From positions 4,916 to 68,915 of the forward strand of contig CADBVG010000015.1 of NCBI GenBank assembly GCA_902798105.1: a stretch of DNA of 64,000 nt, given 5' to 3'. Of this stretch, positions 23,109 to 30,696 are shown in pieces (the first letter of the stretch is position 1; each line of letters starts with the position of its first letter). This stretch comes from an uncultured Eubacteriales bacterium. GTDB taxonomy: Bacteria > Bacillota > Clostridia > Christensenellales > Aristaeellaceae. Position numbers and translations under genes: made by a program. Under the pieces are notes generated by a model. The model was not told the DNA's origin. It made no database searches and worked only from the letters and a program-made list of their open reading frames with translations.

Positions 23109-24359
23109 TCACCCGAGTTTCTCCGCGATCTTATCCACGCCCTTGCCCACCAGGGCCACCGAATGCGGCGCGGTCAGCATCTGCTTCATCAGCGCGTTGG
23201 CCGCGTCGAGGGACACGGCGTTGATGCGGTCGATGGTCTCGCTCTCCGTGCGGGTGGTGTTCATCAGCAACAGCCGCCTGCCGTTGGATTGCATCCGCGC
23301 GGAGGTGGACTCCAGCCCCAGGATGTAGCCGGATTTCAGCTGCTCCCGTGCCATGGCGAACTCCTTTTCGGTCATGCCGCCCTCGGCGATGGCCTTCGCC
23401 TCAGCCTCGATCATTCGGTACACCTCCACCGCCGTTTCGGGATTCGTGGCGGCGTAGACGGACAGCATGCCCGTGTCGGTGTAGGCGTTGGGGTAGCTGT
23501 ATACGGTGTAGGCCATGCCGCTTTCATCTCGGATCTTCTGGAACAGCCGGGAGGACATGGCCCCGCCGAACACGCTGTTGAATATGGAGATGTCGTAGTT
23601 GCGCTCATCCCCCATCGGCAGCGCCGGATAGCCCAGGCAGATGTGCACCTGCTCGATGTCCTTCTCCCTCGTCAGGATACGGGGCTCGACCTCGCTGGTG
23701 ACGCAGGGCAGCTTGTCCATGCCCTCGGCCTTCCAGTCGCCCAGCAGCTTATTGACCATGTCCAGCACGGCGTCCCATTCATAGTTGCCGGCGATGGACA
23801 GCACCGCGTTCTGGGGACGATACATCCGCTGCCAGTAACCATGCAGGCATTCCCGGGCGCAGCCGGACACGCTCTCCTCCGTGCCCAGTATGGGCCGGGA
23901 TATCTGCTGGTCGCCGTAGTGGGCCAGCATGATCAGCTCGTGCACCAGGTCCTCGGGGGTGTCCTCGGCCATGGCGATCTCCTCGATCACCACGCCCTTC
24001 TCCTTGGCCATCTCCGCAGGGTCAAAGGCCGGATGGGTGGCCAGGTCGCAGATCACGTCCATGGCCAGAGGCAGGTGCTCGTCCACCACCTTGGCGTAAA
24101 AGCAGGTGCACTCCTTGGCGGTGAAGGCGTTCAGCTGGCCGCCCACGGCGTCCATCTCCTCTGCGATTTGCCGGGCCGTACGCTTCTCGGTGCCCTTGAA
24201 CACCATGTGCTCCAGAAAGTGGCTGACGCCCGCCTCGTTCACGGTTTCAAACTGTGAACCGGAACCCAGCCACAGGCCGACGGACACCGACCGGAAGTGG
24301 GGAATCCTCTCCCCGATGATGCGCAGCCCGTTAGGCAGGGTGATTTTATCAAAAGTCAT
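23109..24359 (-). CDS. M16 family zinc peptidase (pitrilysin-like; MlpA/YmxG position)
   Basis: HxxEH motif HFLEHMVFKGT. Lies downstream of pnp, as in Bacillus. Confidence 0.9.
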   Translation of the reverse strand: MTFDKITLPNGLRIIGERIPHFRSVSVGLWLGSGSQFETVNEAGVSHFLEHMVFKGTEKRTARQIAEEMDAVGGQLNAFTAKECTCFYAKVVDEHLPLAMDVICDLATHPAFDPAEMAKEKGVVIEEIAMAEDTPEDLVHELIMLAHYGDQQISRPILGTEESVSGCARECLHGYWQRMYRPQNAVLSIAGNYEWDAVLDMVNKLLGDWKAEGMDKLPCVTSEVEPRILTREKDIEQVHICLGYPALPMGDERNYDISIFNSVFGGAMSSRLFQKIRDESGMAYTVYSYPNAYTDTGMLSVYAATNPETAVEVYRMIEAEAKAIAEGGMTEKEFAMAREQLKSGYILGLESTSARMQSNGRRLLLMNTTRTESETIDRINAVSLDAANALMKQMLTAPHSVALVGKGVDKIAEKLG

Positions 24360-24486
24360 TCTATTGCTCCTTCATGGGATAATAATGATATCCTTCTAAA
24401 CGATGGGCATAGTTTGTCTGCAAGCCCCTGTTTTCATGCTGGCGACGACACAGCTTCGCACGCGCATAATGTCCCATGTACAAACA

Positions 24487-24525
24487 CCGGGATTTTGCGC
24501 TTGAATCAGTGGCGCAAAATCCCGG
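24487..24525 (-). terminator. Hairpin downstream of pnp (probable terminator)
   Basis: 14-bp arms CCGGGATTTTGCGC / GCGCAAAATCCCGG. In mRNA sense the hairpin is followed by TGTTTGT. Confidence 0.5.
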
Positions 24526-24566
24526 ATAGTTATTCGCGGCAGCAATCAACTGCCGGTTTTACCGGC

Positions 24567-26747
24567 TCAGTCCCTGCGGCGCGGTCTGCGGTCGCGGTCG
24601 CCGCCCCGGCGGTCCCTGTCGCCGTCGCGGCGCGGGGGCCGGCGCACGGGCATGGAATCGTCGTCGTACACGATGTCGTTGCGAACCAGGTTCACGCGGC
24701 CCTGGCTGTCGATCTCAGCAACGCGGACCTCCAGCTCGTCGCCGATGTTCACCACATCTTCGACCTTCTCCACACGCTCGTTGGCCAGCTTAGAGATGTG
24801 GATCATGCCGTCCTTGCCGGGGGCATACTCGACGAACGCGCCAAAGCTCATGATGCGCACCACCTTGCCGGTGAACACGTCGCCCACCTGCAGGTCCTTG
24901 GCAATGCCCTCGATGATCTTGCGGGCCTTCTTCGCCGCCTCGTCGTCCTCGGTGGCGATGAACACGCTGCCATCGTCCTCGATGTCGATCTTGACGCCGG
25001 TCTCCTCGATGATCTTGTTGATGGTCTTGCCGCGGGGGCCGACCACCTCGCCGATCTTCTCGGGGTTGATGAAGAAGTGAACGATCTTGGGCGCGTACTT
25101 GGACAGGTGCTCGCGGGGCGCGGGTAGCACCTCGAGCATCTTGCCCAGGATGTGCATGCGGCCGTCGTAGGCCTGGGCCAGCGCCTGGCGCAGTATGGCC
25201 TCGTCGATGCCCTTGATCTTGATGTCCATCTGGATGGCGGTGATGCCCTGGGCAGTGCCGGCTACCTTGAAGTCCATGTCGCCCAGGAAGTCCTCCAGAC
25301 CCTGGATGTCGGTCAGCACGGCCACCTTGCCGGTGTTCTCAACGTCCTTGATCAGGCCCATGGCCACGCCGGCCACGGGGCGCTTGATCGGCACACCCGC
25401 GTCCATCAGGGCCAGGGTGCTGCCACAGACGGAGGCCTGGGAGGTGGAGCCGTTGGAGCTCATGACCTCGGAGACCAGGCGCAGGCAGTACGGGAACTCC
25501 TCCACCGGGGGGATCATGGGCAGCAGCGCGCGCTCAGCCAGCGCGCCATGGCCAATCTCGCGGCGTCCCGGGGAACGGGCGGGCTTGGCTTCGCCGGTGG
25601 AATAACCCGGGAAGTTGTAGTGATGCATGTAGCGCTTGCGATCCTCGGTGCCGATGCCATCGATGATCTGCTGCTCGGACAGCGGAGCCAGGGTGGCCAC
25701 GGTCATGACCTGGGTCTGGCCGCGGGTGAACACGCCGGAGCCGTGGGGACGGGGCAGCACGCCGACCTCGCACCAGATGGGGCGCACCTCGGTCAGCTTG
25801 CGGCCGTCGGGGCGGATGCCCTTGTCGATGATGTGGCGGCGCATGACTTCCTTCTGCACGTTGTACAGGGCGTCGGCGACCTCCTGCTCGCGCTCGGGGA
25901 ACTGCTCGGCAAAGTGCTCGGCGACCTCGGCCTTCACCTGCTCCTCACGGGCGTTGCGCTCGCTGCGGTCGAAGGTCTCGAACATCCACTCCACCTTGGG
26001 CAGGGCATATTCGCGCACGGCGGCCTTTACGTCCTCGCCGGGCAGGGCCAGCGGGAACTCCTTCTTCTCCTTGCCGATCTCAGCGACGATGCCGTTGATG
26101 AAGGCGACGATCTTCTTGATCTCCTCATGGGCGAACAGTATAGCGCCCAGCATGACCTCCTCGGAGACCTCCTTGGCGCCGGCCTCGACCATCAGCACGG
26201 CCTCGGAAGTGCCGGCCACGGTCAGGTTCATCAGGCTCTTCTCACGCTGCTCGACGGTGGGGTTGACGATGTATTCGCCATCCACGTAGCCGATGTTCAC
26301 CGCGCCGATGGGGCCCGCCCACGGAATCTGGCTGGTGGCCAGCGCGGCGGATGCGCCGATCATGGCGGGGATGTCGGGGATGTTGTCCTGCTCCACGGAC
26401 ATCACGGTGCAGACGACGGAGACGTCGTGGCGCATGCCCTTGGGGAACAGGGGGCGCAGGGGGCGGTCGATCAGGCGGCAGGTCAGTATGGCCTTCTCCG
26501 CGGGACGGCCCTCGCGGCGGTTCCAGGAGCCGGGGATGTGGCCCACTGAATACAGCTTCTCTTCAAAATCCACGCTCAGGGGGAAGAAGTCGATGCCTGG
26601 GCGAGGGGTGTCGGCCACGGTAGCGGTTACCAATATGCAGGTATCGCCGTAGCGCACGAAGGTGGCGCCGCTGGCCTGCTCGGCGTACTTGCCGAACTCA
26701 AGGGTGAGCGTACGCCCGCCCAGTTCCATGCTATAGCTCTTGAACAT
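24567..26747 (-). CDS. pnp: Polyribonucleotide nucleotidyltransferase (PNPase)
   Basis: ORF trimmed to [14 protein letters not shown] (GGAGGG RBS). Two RNase PH domains plus KH and S1 domains, then a 35-aa Arg/Asp-rich tail. Confidence 0.97.
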   Translation of the reverse strand: MFKSYSMELGGRTLTLEFGKYAEQASGATFVRYGDTCILVTATVADTPRPGIDFFPLSVDFEEKLYSVGHIPGSWNRREGRPAEKAILTCRLIDRPLRPLFPKGMRHDVSVVCTVMSVEQDNIPDIPAMIGASAALATSQIPWAGPIGAVNIGYVDGEYIVNPTVEQREKSLMNLTVAGTSEAVLMVEAGAKEVSEEVMLGAILFAHEEIKKIVAFINGIVAEIGKEKKEFPLALPGEDVKAAVREYALPKVEWMFETFDRSERNAREEQVKAEVAEHFAEQFPEREQEVADALYNVQKEVMRRHIIDKGIRPDGRKLTEVRPIWCEVGVLPRPHGSGVFTRGQTQVMTVATLAPLSEQQIIDGIGTEDRKRYMHHYNFPGYSTGEAKPARSPGRREIGHGALAERALLPMIPPVEEFPYCLRLVSEVMSSNGSTSQASVCGSTLALMDAGVPIKRPVAGVAMGLIKDVENTGKVAVLTDIQGLEDFLGDMDFKVAGTAQGITAIQMDIKIKGIDEAILRQALAQAYDGRMHILGKMLEVLPAPREHLSKYAPKIVHFFINPEKIGEVVGPRGKTINKIIEETGVKIDIEDDGSVFIATEDDEAAKKARKIIEGIAKDLQVGDVFTGKVVRIMSFGAFVEYAPGKDGMIHISKLANERVEKVEDVVNIGDELEVRVAEIDSQGRVNLVRNDIVYDDDSMPVRRPPRRDGDRDRRGGDRDRRPRRRD

Positions 26748-26850
26748 TTGTCTAACCCTCCTTGGGTCTGTCAATAACATATTAAACGAAAATAACTACG
26801 CGGGTCAGGTCTACAGGCCAGCGGTAACGGAATGCCTCAGGCAGCCATTC

Positions 26851-26878
26851 CTGTTCCCTGTTTCCTGTTCCCTGTTCC
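26851..26878 (-). repeat. Heptamer GRAACAG x4 in the pnp 5' leader
   Basis: The mRNA sense reads AAGGGAACAGGGAACAGGAAACAGGGAACAGGAATGG (plus strand CTGTTYC x4). The tract lies about 105-135 nt upstream of the pnp start. Confidence 0.9.
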
Positions 26879-26975
26879 CTTATCCCACGGTGTACAGACG
26901 CGCGCCTGCGGGCGTATTTCCCGCATCCTGGCGTCCGCACACCGCCATACTGTCCGGCGAACGATTGGCGACTCC

Positions 26976-27142
26976 TCAAGGATATACCGCATGATTAAGG
27001 CGGTCGGCTGGCGAGTGAACTTTTTGTCAGGCTTTGATGCAGATTTCGCAGGTTTACCGGGGGTAAATCAAGAAAAATGCATCAGATGGATGGCGAAAAA
27101 GGCACCTCCAGGTGTGCCGCCGTATTGTGCGGTATTTCCTCA
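26976..27142 (+). repeat. Family A TIR-bounded repeat, copy 3 (diverged, in the rpsO-pnp spacer)
   Basis: TCAAGGATATACCGCATGATTAAGGCGGTCGGCTGGCGAGTGAA...GCCGCCGTATTGTGCGGTATTTCCTCA. Collinear with copy 1 over its full length, with many substitutions. Confidence 0.85.
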
Positions 27143-27158
27143 TCCAATAATCCGCACA

Positions 27159-27191
27159 GCGCCGCCGCTCGGCAGGCCGAAGCGGCGGCGC
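27159..27191 (-). terminator. GC-rich hairpin just downstream of rpsO (terminator or processing stem)
   Basis: 11-bp arms GCGCCGCCGCT / AGCGGCGGCGC, 33 nt after the rpsO stop. The U-tract is poor, so the function is uncertain. Confidence 0.4.
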
Positions 27192-27223
27192 GACAGAACA
27201 AAACCGATGGATCCCCGCCGGGA

Positions 27224-27484
27224 TTACTTGCGCAGACCCAGCTTGGCGATCAGGGCACGATAGGCCTCGATGTCGGTGCTCTTCAGATAGTCCAGCAGAC
27301 CACGGCGCTGGCCGACCATCAGCAGCAGGCCGCGACGGGAGTGGTGGTCCTTCTTGTGCACCTTCAGGTGCTCGTTCAGGTGGTTGATGCGCGCGGTCAG
27401 CAGCGCGATCTGAACCTCGGGGGAGCCGGTGTCGCCTTCATGGCGGGCGTAGGTCTCCATGATTTCCTTCTTGTTGATCTCCAT
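27224..27484 (-). CDS. rpsO: 30S ribosomal protein S15
   Basis: [51 protein letters not shown] is the canonical S15 sequence. GAGGAGG RBS. Confidence 0.97.
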   Translation of the reverse strand: MEINKKEIMETYARHEGDTGSPEVQIALLTARINHLNEHLKVHKKDHHSRRGLLLMVGQRRGLLDYLKSTDIEAYRALIAKLGLRK

Positions 27485-27589
27485 GTGTCTTTCCTCCTCT
27501 TTCTATACGCCGCAAGCCGGGTGAGCCGTCGGAGTCCTCGGCGGACCAGGCAAACGGTGGCGTGGTCAATGCACATTGCCACAAGTTGT

Positions 27590-27618
27590 ATTGTAGCACA
27601 GGCACCGGCCTTTGTAAA
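27590..27618 (-). promoter_or_regulatory. Sigma-A promoter of rpsO
   Basis: Minus-sense TTTACA, 17 nt, TGcTACAAT (extended -10). It leaves a leader of about 95 nt. Confidence 0.6.
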
Positions 27619-27656
27619 CGCCAAAAAGGCGTTTTTTCAGAAACTTCATATGCTGT

Positions 27657-28229
27657 TCAGGTTGGGGATGGCGTTTCTTCAATGTGCAGCAGCCGCTGGG
27701 CATGTTCGGTCTCCCCCGCCGCCAGCAACTGTCGTATCAGGGTGGAGGAGCACATCACATCGCCATCCATCACCGGGGGCACGATTTCTGCGCAATAACC
27801 CAAATCGTTCGCCAGGCGCTCTATCAATGCCGAGTCGCCCCTACCCTTTGCCCCGAAGGTGTAATTCTCTCCCGCCACGATGGCAGCCACGCGCATGTCC
27901 CTGACCAATTCTTTCAGAAACGCCACGGGGTCGGTAGCGCTGTATTCCGGAGTAAAGGACTGGACCAACGCCCATTCCGCGCCCAGGCGCTCGAACTTCT
28001 TCAGGTTTTCATGCAGTGGCAGCAGCGCCCGTGGCGCCCTGTCTGGACAGAGCACTGACAGGGGGTGCCGGTCGAAGGTGCAGACCACGCTCTGGGCTTC
28101 CATCTGCTTTGCCAGCGCCACCGTCCGCCGAATCAGCGCCTGATGGCCGATGTGCACACCGTCAAACATGCCCAGCGCCACCACCGCCCGGTGCCCGGTG
28201 AATGCCGCCGTGTCGTAAATGATCTTCAT
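27657..28229 (-). CDS. ribF: FMN adenylyltransferase (FAD synthetase domain of RibF only; no riboflavin kinase domain)
   Basis: ALGMFDGVHIGHQALI and the nucleotidyltransferase fold run through SSTLIRQLLAAGETEHAQRLL. The ORF then stops at 190 aa. Only 172 bp of non-coding DNA follow before rpsO. Confidence 0.85.
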   Translation of the reverse strand: MKIIYDTAAFTGHRAVVALGMFDGVHIGHQALIRRTVALAKQMEAQSVVCTFDRHPLSVLCPDRAPRALLPLHENLKKFERLGAEWALVQSFTPEYSATDPVAFLKELVRDMRVAAIVAGENYTFGAKGRGDSALIERLANDLGYCAEIVPPVMDGDVMCSSTLIRQLLAAGETEHAQRLLHIEETPSPT

Positions 28230-29155
28230 CCGTCCTCCCCCGGTTTGTACAGCATCGCGCGAAACTTAATATCCCCGTTGGGCTGGGGTGCGCCGATGCC
28301 TGCGAATTCATCGTTCAGGTAGACCCGCACCACTTCGGCCTCGGGCGCCGGTTTCGCCAGCCAGCCCGCGCGCAGCGGATTTCCGTTGAGCACCGCGTGT
28401 CGGCAGCGCTCTCCCACCCGGACCTCGGGCAGGTATGCGAGGGGCGCATCCAGCGGAATCAGCGCCTCCTGTAGCCGCCCTTTGGCGGCCAGGGCGTCCA
28501 CCTGGTCCAGGGTCAGGGCGCTTTCGACGTCGAATATGCCTGCGGCCACCCGCTCCAGCGACTGCATATGGGCGCCACAGCCCAGCGCCCTGCCGATATC
28601 GTGGCAGAGGGTGCGGATGTAGACGCCCTTTCCGCAGGTGATTTTTAGGACGTGTATGTCGTCGCCCTCGTCCCCGAGGTATTCGATGGCGTCCACCTGA
28701 CAGGGCCGGGGCTCCAGGGCCACCGACTCCCCCTTGCGCGCCAGCTGGTACAGCCGCTTGCCATCCCGCTTCAGCGCGGAATACATGGGCGGCACCTGCA
28801 ATATATTGCCGGTAAACCGGGGCAGGATCGCGCGTATCTCCGCCTCGCGAGCGTTCACGGGTTGCCGGGCGACCACCTGCCCCGTAGCATCCTGGGTATC
28901 GGTCTCCTCGCCCAGCTTTAATCGGGCCACGTACACCTTCCGCTTGTCGATGATATAGTCGAACAACCGCGTGGCCGAACCCACGCAAACCGGCAGTACG
29001 CCGGATGCCTCCGGGTCCAGCGTGCCGCCGTGACCCACCGCCGTGCCCCGGGGCAGGCGCTTGCGCACAAACACCACCACGTCCGACGATGTGCGGCCCG
29101 TGGGCTTGTTCACGTTCAGAAATCCATTCATATGATATCCATTTCCGAGGGTCAT
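28226..29155 (-). CDS. truB: tRNA pseudouridine(55) synthase
   Basis: GFLNVNKPTGRTSSDVV and GHGGTLDPEASGVLPV (catalytic Asp), plus a PUA-like C-terminus. ATGA overlap with nrnA. An alternative start lies at 29131 (MNGFLNV). Confidence 0.93.
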   Translation of the reverse strand: MTLGNGYHMNGFLNVNKPTGRTSSDVVVFVRKRLPRGTAVGHGGTLDPEASGVLPVCVGSATRLFDYIIDKRKVYVARLKLGEETDTQDATGQVVARQPVNAREAEIRAILPRFTGNILQVPPMYSALKRDGKRLYQLARKGESVALEPRPCQVDAIEYLGDEGDDIHVLKITCGKGVYIRTLCHDIGRALGCGAHMQSLERVAAGIFDVESALTLDQVDALAAKGRLQEALIPLDAPLAYLPEVRVGERCRHAVLNGNPLRAGWLAKPAPEAEVVRVYLNDEFAGIGAPQPNGDIKFRAMLYKPGEDG

Positions 29156-30135
29156 TTTTGCAACGCCTTACGGATCACCGTCAGTGTCTTCTTCAGTGCG
29201 TCCTCCATCGGCATGGCCAGGGTTACCCCGGCGGCGCAGTCGTGCCCGCCGCCGCCCAGGGGAAGCGCCACGTCCCGGGCTACATTGAAGGGGGCTTTGG
29301 CGCGCAGGGACAGCTTCGTGCCCTCCTTGCGCTCCATGGCCAGCACCGCCACCTCCACGCCGATCATCTCCAGCAGGTAATTGATGATCCCCTCGCTGTC
29401 CTCCCGGTGAGCGCCACAGTAGCGCAGCATCTCATCCGTCAGCCGCGACCATGCCACCTTGCCATCCGGGGAGATTTCCAGCCCGGCCAGCACCGCGCCC
29501 AACAAACGGGTGCGGCCCAGCGACCGGGTGCGGTACAGGTCTTCTGTGATCTTGGCGACATTCGCGCCGGCTTCCACGCAGCGCGCCGCCGCGCGGAAGG
29601 TCTGGGGCCGGGTATTGGAGTAGTTGAAATTGCCGCAGTCTGTGGAGATGGCCACAAACAGGCACTCCGCCATTTTCACGTCCATCTCGACGCCCAGCGC
29701 CGCAATCAGGTCCACTACCAGTTCCCCCACGGCCGCGGCATCGCCGTCCAGGACGTACAGCTGGCCAAAACCCTCATTGGTCTTATGGTGATCCAGCACA
29801 CCCTGAAAAGGGCAGCTGTCGAACAGCCTCTTCCCCTTCTCTCCCAAGCGTTCGTGCTCCGAAACATCCACCGACATGGCAGTTTGGGGGACAAAGGGCA
29901 GCGTGCCCGCCTCGGTATCGACGACGCGATCCGCGCCGGGCAGCCAATCGTACAGGCTCGGCGTACCGCCGGGCAGGCACACCATGGCCTGCTTTCCCAT
30001 GGCCCGCAGGGCATGCCACAGCGCCAATGTAGAGCCTGTGGCGTCGCCGTCCGGCGATAGGTGGCCAAACAGGGCAATATCGTCCCGCGCCTTCAGCCAT
30101 TCTGCCAGCTGCTCAATCGTCACTCTCTGACTCAT
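29152..30135 (-). CDS. nrnA: DHH/DHHA1 phosphoesterase (NrnA-type oligoribonuclease / pAp phosphatase)
   Basis: Motifs HLSPDGDATGS, DHH (LDHHKTN) and GGGGH. Confidence 0.85.
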   Translation of the reverse strand: MSQRVTIEQLAEWLKARDDIALFGHLSPDGDATGSTLALWHALRAMGKQAMVCLPGGTPSLYDWLPGADRVVDTEAGTLPFVPQTAMSVDVSEHERLGEKGKRLFDSCPFQGVLDHHKTNEGFGQLYVLDGDAAAVGELVVDLIAALGVEMDVKMAECLFVAISTDCGNFNYSNTRPQTFRAAARCVEAGANVAKITEDLYRTRSLGRTRLLGAVLAGLEISPDGKVAWSRLTDEMLRYCGAHREDSEGIINYLLEMIGVEVAVLAMERKEGTKLSLRAKAPFNVARDVALPLGGGGHDCAAGVTLAMPMEDALKKTLTVIRKALQK

Positions 30136-30478
30136 TGACGTGATGCTCCTTCAATAGCTGGTTGATGTGTGCCGCGTATTCAATGTTGGTATCCAGTTCA
30201 AAGAGTATCTCCGGCACATAGCGCAGGTCCACCCGGCGGCCCAGCTCCCGGCGGATAAAGCCGGAAGCCTTCTTCAGCGCGGCCATCATATCCTTGCGCT
30301 TCTCCGGCTCCAGTATGCTGACGCGAACCTTGCAGTAACGCAGGTCCCGCGTCACCTCGCAGCGCACGATGGACCATGTGCCCCCGATGCGCGGATCGTT
30401 CAGGTCATCGCGGATGATGCCGTCGATGGCCTTGTGCACCTCCTGAGAGATGCGGTCTATCCTGTCAAAAGATGGCAT
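30113..30478 (-). CDS. rbfA: Ribosome-binding factor A
   Basis: ORF trimmed to MPSFDRIDRISQEVHKAI (GGAGG RBS). RbfA KH-like pattern ...VTRDLRYCKVRVS...LRYVPEILFELD. Confidence 0.93.
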   Translation of the reverse strand: MPSFDRIDRISQEVHKAIDGIIRDDLNDPRIGGTWSIVRCEVTRDLRYCKVRVSILEPEKRKDMMAALKKASGFIRRELGRRVDLRYVPEILFELDTNIEYAAHINQLLKEHHVNESESDD

Positions 30479-30506
30479 GATTGTCCTCCAATATCCTATA
30501 ACTGAT

Positions 30507-30579
30507 GTAGGGGCGCCGTTGCGGCGCCCGCCCCGGCAAACATATGTGTGCCGGGCGGACGGCGCCACGCCGCCCCTAC
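30507..30579 (-). other. 73-nt GC-rich extended hairpin in the infB-rbfA spacer
   Basis: Perfect outer stem GTAGGGGCG/CGCCCCTAC and perfect apical stem CCCGGCA/TGCCGGG, with imperfect pairing between them. Confidence 0.7.
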
Positions 30580-30696
30580 GTTGAACCATCGTGGTATTTG
30601 ATATCAAATCTGTTCAAACGCGCCTTTCCAAGGCTGGAATAAATGGCCTGGGAAAAGCAGGTAGAAAGGACGGCAGCAAATAGCTGTAGGCCCGGC

